From contig CAIUCV010000005.1 of NCBI GenBank assembly GCA_903897805.1, positions 2,384 to 66,383 of the forward strand: a stretch of 64,000 nucleotides of DNA, in the 5' to 3' direction. The position numbers were made by a program, and so were the translations under genes. Of this stretch, positions 20,210 to 29,350 are shown one piece after another (the first letter of the stretch is position 1; the number at the start of each line of letters is the position of its first letter). The notes under the pieces were generated by a model. It was not told the DNA's origin. It ran no database searches and saw nothing but the letters and a program-made list of their open reading frames with translations. This stretch comes from Candidatus Yanofskybacteria bacterium. Its GTDB lineage: Bacteria; Patescibacteriota; Minisyncoccia; 2-02-FULL-40-12; IGHO2-01-FULL-4-A.

Positions 20210-20788
20210 ATGCCAATCCTTACGCTTGAGGAAATGGTCAGTAAGCCAAGGGAAGCAGGAGTTTTTGCAGAGGATAAACGTAAGCCCGTAATCTGCGTGC
20301 TTGATCCAATCGAACTACACCGCCCCTCTCTTGAATATTGGCTGACGGAGATTTCAGAGAGGATAGATTTTTTTTGGCACAGCCAATTTTCCCGCGCTTC
20401 TATAGAAATGGGCGGCATAGACGGCAAAACCGGCCCCAGCTCGATAGCATTTAAAAGGCCATTTCTCATTATTTCCGAATTGGAAGTATTCCCCGACGAG
20501 GGCTATTACGGTTTGACGATACTGGGGAATATCCGGCGATCAACGTTGCTAAAAAACATTCCCTTGATAGTGATTTCCAGCGAGAAATGGATCAAAAAGA
20601 TCAGGAAAGAATCAATGGAAGACCCGGAAAGATTAAGGGCAGACCACGGCTTTATCTGGAGCGATTTAAAAGTACGCTGGTCATTCACTTGGAATGGCCT
20701 GACAAATTACTCCAGCGATCAGTCAGAATTTTTTGACGCCGTTTCTCAGCTACTCGGTCTCAAATCCGGACCAAAAGCGGCCGCGTGA
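20210..20788 (+). CDS. Hypothetical protein with a degenerate receiver-like segment
   Basis: Start moved to ATG 20210 (GGAGG SD, TTGACA-17-TACACT promoter); PFLIISEL...YGLTILGNIR...NIPLIVIS resembles the CheY-like core. Confidence 0.55.
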   Translation: MPILTLEEMVSKPREAGVFAEDKRKPVICVLDPIELHRPSLEYWLTEISERIDFFWHSQFSRASIEMGGIDGKTGPSSIAFKRPFLIISELEVFPDEGYYGLTILGNIRRSTLLKNIPLIVISSEKWIKKIRKESMEDPERLRADHGFIWSDLKVRWSFTWNGLTNYSSDQSEFFDAVSQLLGLKSGPKAAA

Positions 20789-20851
20789 GCAAACGCGGCT
20801 TTTAAATTACTTGATTAAGTGTTATTAAGGTTATAAACGCCGTCACGTTTC

Positions 20852-22999
20852 GTGACAGGTCTATCTATAATGGATTTAGCAACTCCAATTGAAAAACTTG
20901 CTCATGTCGGACCAAAAAGCCTGTCTCGCCTGAAAAAGCTAGGCATTAAAACGGTAAAAGATTTATTATGGCACTTCCCGGCGCGATACGATGATTTCAG
21001 CGCCATTTTGCCTATCGCTCAAGTTGAAGCGGGAACGATTGTGAATATAAAAGGCAGAATCGTAGATATAAGCACCGCCTCGCTCTGGAGAAGAAGAAGG
21101 ACCGTAACCAATGCCACGGTGGAAGACGAAAGCGGGATAATCCACGTTGCGTGGTTTAATCAGCCATATATTGAGAAATCTTTGCCCGAAGGAACCATGG
21201 TCAGTTTAGCGGGCAAGGCGGCAATGGAAAAAAGGGGGCTTTACCTTTCAAATCCTGCCTACGAGAAAATTTACAGCCGAGAGCTGACGCATACCGGCCG
21301 TCTCGTACCTGTATATCCTGAAACCGAAGGCATTACTTCCAAATATTTGCGATTTCTGATAAAACCGCTTCTTGCGGGCGTAGAAAATTTGCCCGATCCC
21401 CTGCCCGAGGAATTAATAAAGAAGTATAATCTTCCCAATTTAGGAAATGCTTTGCGCTCCATTCATTTTCCAAAAAGAAATAAAGAGGCGGAACTGGCCC
21501 GCCAAAGATTTGCCCTTGAAGAGTTGATACTTTTTCAATTGCGCGTTTTGCGTGACCACAGACAGCTTCAAACTCTGCGGGCCTCCATAATAAATTTTGA
21601 CGAGAAGCTTATTGCCGCTTTTGTAGGCAGGTTGCCCTTCCAATTAACCAATGACCAGCGAATTGCCGCTTATGAAATCCTGCAAGACCTTAAGCGCAAT
21701 TACCCCATGAACCGGCTATTGAATGGCGATGTCGGTTCCGGTAAGACGGTGGTGGCGCTGATTGCGGCTTATCAGACAGTTTCAGCCGGACATCAGGCCG
21801 TCTTTATGGCGCCAACCGAGATTTTGGCCGAGCAACATTTCCGCACCATCAAATTGCTGTTGGATATGCAGAAAACAAGCAGCATCATGGTTGGTTTATT
21901 AACCGGCAGCGGAGCACGCCAATTTCCTACTGACGAGACGATTCAGGAAAAAATCGGCAAAAAATTAATGCTTCAGAAAATTGCCAAGGGACAGATTAAT
22001 ATCATTGTGGGCACTCACGCCGTTATCCAAAAGAATGTTAAATTCAAGGATCTCGGGCTTGTTGTGATTGATGAACAGCACAGATTCGGGGTTGAGCAGA
22101 GAATGAAATTGGTTAAGGGGCAAACCCTGGTTCCTCATCTTCTATCAATGACAGCAACACCCATTCCCCGCACTTTGGCCTTAACAATTTTTGGAGACCT
22201 GGACATCTCTTTGCTCAAAGAAAAGCCCGAGGGGCGGCAGACCATAATCACTAAAGTAATAGCCGCCTCCGAAAGGGAAAAAGCCCACAAGTTTATTGAA
22301 GAGGAAATACAAAAAGGGCGGCAAATTTTTGTGATTTGCCCGAGGATTGAACTTCCCAGCTCCGAAAACGGCGGCAACGGCCAACTGTCAATGAAAAAAC
22401 TACTTTGGGCGGAAGTAAGAGCCGTAGCCGAGGAATACAAGAAACTTGCCGAGAATATTTTCCCCCACCGCCACGTGGCCATGCTTCACGGCAAAATGAA
22501 AGCGGCCGATAAGAATAAAATTATGGAGGATTTTGAAAACGGGCATCACGATGTCTTGGTCTCCACTTCAGTAGTTGAGGTGGGCGTGGACATACCTAAC
22601 GCCAGCATTATGATGATTGAGTCGGCGGAGAGATTCGGTTTGGCCCAGTTGCACCAATTCAGGGGGCGAGTCGGCCGTGGCGAGCACCAGTCCTATTGTT
22701 TGTTGTTTACTGATTCGGACACTGCTTTGGCCAATCGGCGATTACGCGCTCTTGAGAAAACCAATAATGGCTTTGAACTCGCTGAGATGGATTTAAAGAT
22801 CCGCGGGCCGGGAGAATTTACCGGCATTAAGCAATCTGGCATTCCCGATTTTGCCATGGCATCGCTGGCCGATGTTGAACTAATAAAAAAAGCCCGCTTT
22901 GAGGCGAAGCTGTTGCTTAAAAAAGACCCGGCTTTGAAAAACTACCCCCTGCTCTTGACTCGATTAGCCCAGATGCAGAGGGTAGTTCATTTTGAGTAG
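20852..22999 (+). CDS. recG: ATP-dependent DNA helicase RecG
   Basis: GDVGSGKT, MAPTEILAEQH, DEQHRFG, MTATPIPRT, HQFRGRVGRG; ATG 20870 is an alternative start. Confidence 0.97.
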   Translation: MTGLSIMDLATPIEKLAHVGPKSLSRLKKLGIKTVKDLLWHFPARYDDFSAILPIAQVEAGTIVNIKGRIVDISTASLWRRRRTVTNATVEDESGIIHVAWFNQPYIEKSLPEGTMVSLAGKAAMEKRGLYLSNPAYEKIYSRELTHTGRLVPVYPETEGITSKYLRFLIKPLLAGVENLPDPLPEELIKKYNLPNLGNALRSIHFPKRNKEAELARQRFALEELILFQLRVLRDHRQLQTLRASIINFDEKLIAAFVGRLPFQLTNDQRIAAYEILQDLKRNYPMNRLLNGDVGSGKTVVALIAAYQTVSAGHQAVFMAPTEILAEQHFRTIKLLLDMQKTSSIMVGLLTGSGARQFPTDETIQEKIGKKLMLQKIAKGQINIIVGTHAVIQKNVKFKDLGLVVIDEQHRFGVEQRMKLVKGQTLVPHLLSMTATPIPRTLALTIFGDLDISLLKEKPEGRQTIITKVIAASEREKAHKFIEEEIQKGRQIFVICPRIELPSSENGGNGQLSMKKLLWAEVRAVAEEYKKLAENIFPHRHVAMLHGKMKAADKNKIMEDFENGHHDVLVSTSVVEVGVDIPNASIMMIESAERFGLAQLHQFRGRVGRGEHQSYCLLFTDSDTALANRRLRALEKTNNGFELAEMDLKIRGPGEFTGIKQSGIPDFAMASLADVELIKKARFEAKLLLKKDPALKNYPLLLTRLAQMQRVVHFE

Positions 23000-23065
23000 C
23001 CGCGAGTTAATTACCCCGATTTTGAAAGTTAAAAACCGCCATTGCTGGCGGGGATATACCATTGT

Positions 23066-23533
23066 TTAGTGATTAAAGTATTCTCGTTTAAAGGCGTAAT
23101 GGCACGCGCCCACAAGATTGCTGAAGAAATCAAGGCAAACTTCAGCGTTTTCTTTTTGATTGCTAAAATCGATTGCCGGATCCGGATTAATAAGAGACAG
23201 TAAGTTCCGTCTTATTTCCACCAGCCGGTTTTTATAGCCGCCATTTTTAACTGTTTTTTCAAAGACCAAGTAGTGCTCATGGCACAGGCGAGTTTCTAGG
23301 TCGCCATAACCGTAACTCGGCCACTTCTCGCCTCTTTTCCGCCAGCCATTCACAGTTTCTTTGAATTCAGGGGCAAACTCGGCCCCCAGCCAGACCATTA
23401 AATCCGCGGCTGACTTCATTTTTTCTTCCAGTTTTTTAACTTCCTTTCTCTGCAGAAAGCCAAGGAGGGCATCTACGACATTTTGACAGTACAGCATCAG
23501 CCCCAAGAGATCCATCTGTTTTCTGGTGGTCAT
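23066..23533 (-). CDS. Hypothetical protein (paralog of upstream gene)
   Basis: Start moved to ATG 23533 (GGGGG SD, ATGA overlap with the upstream stop). Confidence 0.7.
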   Translation of the reverse strand: MTTRKQMDLLGLMLYCQNVVDALLGFLQRKEVKKLEEKMKSAADLMVWLGAEFAPEFKETVNGWRKRGEKWPSYGYGDLETRLCHEHYLVFEKTVKNGGYKNRLVEIRRNLLSLINPDPAIDFSNQKENAEVCLDFFSNLVGACHYAFKREYFNH

Positions 23534-24036
23534 TTCTTTCCCCCTTTTGGTTTTTTGCTTTTTCCCTCCAGAAGTTTTAAGATTCCCCGCGGAATCCCAA
23601 TGATGGGTGGGAAGTAAGAATAATACAAACAATGGTCATGAAGGTCGCTAAATAATTTCATGCAATATCCCGCCGCCTTCCTCCTTTGCTCGGTGGCGAG
23701 CCGTAAATCCAAGATTCGGGGAAGCGTTTTCTTAGTTTGGAGCAACCTCTTTTTGTGGTTCTTAAGAAAATTTTGAGCAACAACAAACTGTTCGTAAGTC
23801 AATCTGCATTTCTTGCCCCTAAAACCATATGGCGGCAAATCAAATCCGTCTTTCTTCATTTGCTTTAGACTTCGCTCTGGATAACAACTCAAGAAACCAA
23901 TGGCAGCGCCTACTCTTACCCAAAGGTCGGCGCCAGATTGATCTTCATCACAAAATTTTACCAGCACCTGGTTTATTGCGGTGCAGAATAAAGCCAAACT
24001 CAACATATCAGCTCCTACATTGCGTCCGCAGCCCAT
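23530..24036 (-). CDS. Hypothetical protein (paralog of downstream gene)
   Basis: Own promoter and SD; shares the PxYG...RL...C..xFSxL...C.Y pattern with 23066..23533. Confidence 0.7.
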   Translation of the reverse strand: MGCGRNVGADMLSLALFCTAINQVLVKFCDEDQSGADLWVRVGAAIGFLSCYPERSLKQMKKDGFDLPPYGFRGKKCRLTYEQFVVAQNFLKNHKKRLLQTKKTLPRILDLRLATEQRRKAAGYCMKLFSDLHDHCLYYSYFPPIIGIPRGILKLLEGKSKKPKGGKK

Positions 24037-24228
24037 AAACCCCCCTGTTTATAAAAGAACCTTTTCAAATCTACCACAACCAAAAATCCCCGCAAGGCGG
24101 GGATTTTATCCCTTCCTAATTTTAGGAGTCACCACAAAAACGTCGCGGACCCCACCCTCTCCTTTCAGTTGAGGTTCCCATCCCGCTCCTTGAAACCTAG
24201 TGGTTTCAATTCTTCCCCTATCGGGGAA

Positions 24229-25833
24229 CTACTGTTCCCCGACCCCTTCCCTAGATTTTGGAGTTACCCAAAACCCCATATATTTACCGAACATTAGCCG
24301 GGTTTGGGCGTCTAATGCCGGCAGGGCCCCCAAGATGATGGTGATTATCGGGAAGAGTATCCATTGCAGGAGCATCCAGACGTATTTGAATTTACCATAT
24401 TTTGGCGGGCGCGGAGGCAAAATCATAATTGAAAAGATTGCCGTTGTTACCAAACCCACGGTAGCCAGGGTCATAATCGTGCGGGTTAAGCTGGGGAGGT
24501 TGAAAGATAAGACAGTTCGGTTGAATTCGTTGCCGCCAAAAACCACAGGTAGCCAGCCGAGTAAAAAGATGACAAGGGCGTTAGTCGCCCATGACCAAAA
24601 GCCCTCAAGCTGGGTGGAAAGGAGGAAGAATTTTTTGAATTTCGGCACCGCCTTGTTTTTGTGAAAGCCGAAAAGCAAGTAAGGGACACTTTCTACGCCC
24701 CAAGCCCAGCGCCTTTGCTGTTTGTAGACGTTTGCTATCGTTTTCCAGAATGTCGGTGCGACATTGGCGTCCATGGTTACCGGATAAAAGAGCGGTTCAA
24801 CCCGATAGTTGCCGTCGTAGCGCAGGAGGCACTGCATGAAAATTCTTGAGTCCTCCGAAACCATATTCGTCTGCCAGAAATCAACATCAACAAGCGCCTG
24901 AAAGGGCATTGAGTGGCTGGAAAAAGTGGTGGCGGCCTCTACTCTTTCCTGCAATATCATATACCAGAAAGTTGACGAGAAAGCGATGATTCTTGCAAAA
25001 GACGGAGCCTCCCAGATATTGTTGGTATAAAAAGGCACCGGTTGGTACGAGGCGTGCAGCGGGTCGCGGGCCGTCAGATAAACATATGCCAATCGTCCAA
25101 AATATTCGGGGAATATGATAGTGTCAATGTCAAATGCCGACGCTATCATATGGCTATAGGGCACACCCATTTTGTCAACGATTTCTCTTTTTACGTGTTT
25201 TCCAGCCCAAGTGATATTTGCTCCTTTGCCGGCCAGCTCGCCTGTTATATACGACGGATGTTGGACTATAAGCAATTTGAAAAATTCGTTTTGAAACTTT
25301 GAATTAATTAAACGAGCAACTTCTTCATTGAACTCCCGGCCGGCACTTTCTTCTTGGGTTAGGATAACAATCATTTTGCTCTTCGGGTAATTAGCTCCGA
25401 TGAGGCCGTTAAGGGCGGCGCTGATAACTTCTATTCTCTCCTTATAAGTCGGGAGAATGATCAGATGGAAAATTTCTTGCCATGACTTGACTGCAGGTAG
25501 GCTGTATTCGGCGGGAGATAGCCGTTCCAATCTTTCCAACCAATTAACTTTCATATTCTTGCGCACGTGCCCAAAAGCAACGCGGAAGTGCAGAGTCATA
25601 TAGACCACTCTTGTCAGCCAGTAAATGTCAAAGACGATAATAAAAAGCGCAATTGCCACCGGTTGGGCAAAGGACAGAAAAAACACCAGTGCCAATGTGG
25701 CCCACGATAAAAATCCCGGCAGGATTTCAAAAAGTCGGTAAAGCCTCCTTTCGCTTTTTTTCGTCAGATCAGTATATTTGCCTACTCTTGTGTAATAGTG
25801 ACTAGTATCCAAGTTATTGAAAAAGGGGCGCAT
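24229..25833 (-). CDS. GT2-family membrane glycosyltransferase
   Basis: ILPTYKE, GKGAN, FDID, SED and QQRRW motifs; several TM helices. Confidence 0.9.
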   Translation of the reverse strand: MRPFFNNLDTSHYYTRVGKYTDLTKKSERRLYRLFEILPGFLSWATLALVFFLSFAQPVAIALFIIVFDIYWLTRVVYMTLHFRVAFGHVRKNMKVNWLERLERLSPAEYSLPAVKSWQEIFHLIILPTYKERIEVISAALNGLIGANYPKSKMIVILTQEESAGREFNEEVARLINSKFQNEFFKLLIVQHPSYITGELAGKGANITWAGKHVKREIVDKMGVPYSHMIASAFDIDTIIFPEYFGRLAYVYLTARDPLHASYQPVPFYTNNIWEAPSFARIIAFSSTFWYMILQERVEAATTFSSHSMPFQALVDVDFWQTNMVSEDSRIFMQCLLRYDGNYRVEPLFYPVTMDANVAPTFWKTIANVYKQQRRWAWGVESVPYLLFGFHKNKAVPKFKKFFLLSTQLEGFWSWATNALVIFLLGWLPVVFGGNEFNRTVLSFNLPSLTRTIMTLATVGLVTTAIFSIMILPPRPPKYGKFKYVWMLLQWILFPIITIILGALPALDAQTRLMFGKYMGFWVTPKSREGVGEQ

Positions 25834-25860
25834 GCCCCAGACATTTATTACGATACCGCG

Positions 25861-26895
25861 CTAGGCGCCTAAAGACAAGGCGAAACGATACAACCCTTCG
25901 GTCATATCCATAGTGCCGGATTTGGCGCTTGTCTCGGTTTGGGCAAGCGTAGCAAACGCGCGTTTCAACTCGTCTTGGTCAAATTTTTTGCACTGCTCGT
26001 ACGTTTTTTTTACAACATAGGGATTTAAACCGGTTTTTTTGATTATATTGGCATAGGGCACGGCATTTTTTATGAGAGTTTTAATCCTCAAAAGATTTCG
26101 GAACTGAAAGATAATCATGGAGAAAATATAATAAGGGTCAGCTCCCGATTCCAGGTGATTGTAAAGCATAGTTAGGGCCCTGTACCGGTTTTTACCTGCT
26201 ATGGCGTCAATGACTTCAAAAATATTTAAATTTACATTGGGCCCCACAAGCGACTCTATATCGGAAACGTTTATAGCTTCGTCTTTTGCGTGGCCGCTAT
26301 TGTCCCCGGCCGATTTATAATTTACCAACTTGTCTATTTCTTGTTTTAATCTCCAAGCAGCCGTTGGATCTGAAAGTTTATCCCAGCTGGCGGGGTTTGC
26401 CGTATAAGAAATTAATTTTCTTAAAGCCGCCGGTTCAATTTTACCACCCGATGCCTCTATCTCTTTTTTCACCCAGTTTTCTAACTGCCCCCTCTCCAGC
26501 GGTTCAAAAAATTTAATAATATTCGGTTTTGCCGACAATAAGTTGAATAGTTTTTTGTCTTTTTTGGCCAGTTCTTTTTCTTCCGAATTCTCAGTAAAAA
26601 CTAAAATCCTTTCCTTGTCGGCGTCCAATTTCCAATTTGTTATCAAACCGGCTATTTCTTCCCCAGCCGAAAAGGCGCTCTTCAATACGATTAATCTTTT
26701 TTCGCCAAAAAAGGATGCGGTTTTTATCAAGTCGTTTAATTTTCCCAATTGATGTTTTATGCCACTTTGAGCGTCGGGGCCGAAATCAAGAATCGAAAAA
26801 CTCATACCAGTATTTTTCTTCTGGTATCCGGCTATGATTTTATCCAGATTTTGCTTAAGCCGGTAACTGTCCCGGCCGTAAAGGAAAATAATCAT
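25861..26895 (-). CDS. holA: DNA polymerase III delta subunit
   Basis: MIIFLYG, SFFGEKRLIV, QEIDKL, NIFEVIDAI, LNPYVVKK. Confidence 0.9.
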   Translation of the reverse strand: MIIFLYGRDSYRLKQNLDKIIAGYQKKNTGMSFSILDFGPDAQSGIKHQLGKLNDLIKTASFFGEKRLIVLKSAFSAGEEIAGLITNWKLDADKERILVFTENSEEKELAKKDKKLFNLLSAKPNIIKFFEPLERGQLENWVKKEIEASGGKIEPAALRKLISYTANPASWDKLSDPTAAWRLKQEIDKLVNYKSAGDNSGHAKDEAINVSDIESLVGPNVNLNIFEVIDAIAGKNRYRALTMLYNHLESGADPYYIFSMIIFQFRNLLRIKTLIKNAVPYANIIKKTGLNPYVVKKTYEQCKKFDQDELKRAFATLAQTETSAKSGTMDMTEGLYRFALSLGA

Positions 26896-27899
26896 GGTAA
26901 ATGAGCATCAATCTCCACCCAGATGGAGCCGGGCGCGAAATCGATTTCTTTCCCATCTTTATCGTAGAAAAACATCTTGGCATGATCATCTTTTTTTCCC
27001 CAGCTGCCGTTAATAACGATGCCGTCCTTATAAACTGTGGCGGAGCCAGAGCCAACCGTCTTAACCCGAATATAATCTTTGTTTATCGGCGACCAGGTTG
27101 TCTCCATAATGACGACGTTTTTTACTGCGACTTGCTCGCCGGTATTTTTATCCATCTCTGCCTTGCCGCTACGAGACCTGAAGTAGGAATTAGCCTCTTT
27201 ATTATATTTCCACACCACCTCAAACCCCTTGTTAAAAACAGCTGGCGGTTCAACATAATTTTCTTGCCCTTCCGTAGCTTTACGCGAAGGAGGGTCGTGC
27301 GGGTAGCTTACTTTTGCCCCCTCAAGATTATAGCCAAGCTTTGTAGCAATTTCGGTTAATAGGTCAAAATTCGTGAAGGAATTGTGGGGCCTTGGAATCC
27401 CCGCTTTTCTAAAATAATAAGTCCCGTCATATTTAAGCCCATCAATATTATCAATAACCCCGCCGTTCAGTTCTTCTAGGACCTCTTGTTCGCCGCCAAA
27501 GTGAGCATAGATTGCATCTAGCCCCAGCGCCAACGGCACAAAATCAAGTCGCGAAGAGCGCACCGAACCTACCTCTTTGGGCCTGCCGCACTGAAACACG
27601 GCCATCATCCGGGTAAAGCCATTATCTACCACCGGCATCTCAAAAACCATGTCGGCTTCGCCAATCCCAGACAGCGGTCTTGCTTCAGCATCCGATGATA
27701 TCATCACTGCAAACGGCCGTGCTCCGGCGTTCTCGCATTCCTCTCCTGAAATCGAGCTTATTTTCTTCTCCTTTTCCGTGCCGGATATGCCGTAGACATT
27801 AAATTCATTTTTATACCCGATTAAAAAAATTCCAACCCCGATGACAACTGCGATTACACCAATCCAGATGTATAATTTTTTCTTTGAAATTTTATTCAT
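26892..27899 (-). CDS. DUF3048 (YerB-like) membrane-anchored protein
   Basis: RPFAVMI, ARPLSGI, ADMVFE, TRMMA, VGSVRSSR, PHN. Confidence 0.85.
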   Translation of the reverse strand: MNKISKKKLYIWIGVIAVVIGVGIFLIGYKNEFNVYGISGTEKEKKISSISGEECENAGARPFAVMISSDAEARPLSGIGEADMVFEMPVVDNGFTRMMAVFQCGRPKEVGSVRSSRLDFVPLALGLDAIYAHFGGEQEVLEELNGGVIDNIDGLKYDGTYYFRKAGIPRPHNSFTNFDLLTEIATKLGYNLEGAKVSYPHDPPSRKATEGQENYVEPPAVFNKGFEVVWKYNKEANSYFRSRSGKAEMDKNTGEQVAVKNVVIMETTWSPINKDYIRVKTVGSGSATVYKDGIVINGSWGKKDDHAKMFFYDKDGKEIDFAPGSIWVEIDAHLP

Positions 27900-28473
27900 T
27901 TTTTGCCAGTTCTAAAACAGAATTCAAAGCGGAAGGTAACTCCGTAACGCCATCACTGCCGCTAAAATGACCCTTGCCGTGTTCAATAATAATTTTTGCG
28001 CCTATTCGCTCTTCCCAGGATTTTTGATTTTCCGGCATCACAAACGGATCGTTGTCAGAAAAAATTGCTATGGCCTTATTAACTGCTTCGCGGATTTTTT
28101 TATCATCTCTCGGTTCATTTACCCATGGCCTGGCGATTCTTTTTTCTTCGTCAGTTTCTAGATTCCGCAAATTATACCATCCGGCAACAAAAACTGCGCC
28201 ACCAATTTTAACGCCGTCTGGCAGTGTCTGCAGGTATCTGATTATGGTTTGACAGCCAATACTGTGGCCAATGAAATAAGTATCTTCATCTGGTTCTCCG
28301 ACCATTTCAGTAAGAAATGAAACCCATTCTTTAATTTTGGGCTCGCTTGGATTTGGCATTGACGGCACAAAAACCTCAAATCCTTTATTCTCCAATTCTT
28401 TTTTAACCCAAGGAAACCATCCCTCTTCAGGATGGCCATCCCAGCCATGAATTACAAAAACTCTTTTTATCAT
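27892..28473 (-). CDS. RBBP9/YdeN-family alpha/beta hydrolase
   Basis: IHGW, WFPW, GHSIG, SDNDPFV, GHF. Confidence 0.9.
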   Translation of the reverse strand: MIKRVFVIHGWDGHPEEGWFPWVKKELENKGFEVFVPSMPNPSEPKIKEWVSFLTEMVGEPDEDTYFIGHSIGCQTIIRYLQTLPDGVKIGGAVFVAGWYNLRNLETDEEKRIARPWVNEPRDDKKIREAVNKAIAIFSDNDPFVMPENQKSWEERIGAKIIIEHGKGHFSGSDGVTELPSALNSVLELAKNE

Positions 28474-29348
28474 AGCCTTTGGTGAACCGGGCAGAAATGC
28501 GCTGACCGGCTGTTGATTTTGATTCTTTTAATAATCCCACCGTCGTGCTTCTGGCATTTCTCGCCGGTTAAATGATACGCCTTCTTTTTGTTTTGATAAC
28601 TGCCCATTTTGCCTTCAAGCGTCCGGTAATCCTGCTCGCTGTCTCCCAATGCGCCGACAGCTTTTTTGAGAACAAAACGGATGTACTTATAAATTACCGC
28701 CAGTTCTTTATCGTTTAGTTTTTCCACGCGTTTTAGCGGATGTATGCCCGCGTACCAGAGGATCTCGTCCGAATAAATATTGCCGATGCCGGAAATTACG
28801 AACTGGTCCATTAATACCTTTTTTATCACTCCCCTCTTTTTGGTCATCAACTCCCTGAATTTTTTAAGGGTAAAATTTTTATCCAGCGGTTCCGGTCCGA
28901 GTTTTTTTATTTCCTTGATTTCACCGATTTTCACAGTGTCAACTAAAAGTACTTTGCCGAACCGCCTCAAGTCGGAAAGGCCGAGCATATAGCCATCGTC
29001 CAAATAGAGTATGAATCTGACGAATCTGTTTTGAGGGTCAGATTTTATGGGACCCTCCATGGTCGTCACAGGTTTATTGTTCTCTATTTCCCATTTCCCA
29101 TATAGCAAATGACCGGAAATTTTCTGATGGATAAGCAAGGTTTTGTTTCCAGAAAGGTCGATCATAATGTATTTCGCCCTCCGACGAGCTCGCAAAATTT
29201 TCCGATGTCGGACGTCGGAAATAAAACCTTTCAAAGCATGGGTCTTAATCATTTTGGACCAATCCGTCCAGGCGTCCAAAATCTTCAGTCCAACGACTTT
29301 TTTGTTTAACCCACGAACTATAGTTTCTACTTCTGGTAATTCCGGCAC
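28470..29348 (-). CDS. mutM: Formamidopyrimidine-DNA glycosylase
   Basis: Start moved to GTG 29348 giving MPELPEVE; GIGNIYSDE H2TH motif; C-terminal zinc finger with Cys/His ligands. Confidence 0.95.
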   Translation of the reverse strand: MPELPEVETIVRGLNKKVVGLKILDAWTDWSKMIKTHALKGFISDVRHRKILRARRRAKYIMIDLSGNKTLLIHQKISGHLLYGKWEIENNKPVTTMEGPIKSDPQNRFVRFILYLDDGYMLGLSDLRRFGKVLLVDTVKIGEIKEIKKLGPEPLDKNFTLKKFRELMTKKRGVIKKVLMDQFVISGIGNIYSDEILWYAGIHPLKRVEKLNDKELAVIYKYIRFVLKKAVGALGDSEQDYRTLEGKMGSYQNKKKAYHLTGEKCQKHDGGIIKRIKINSRSAHFCPVHQRL

Positions 29349-29350
29349 GA

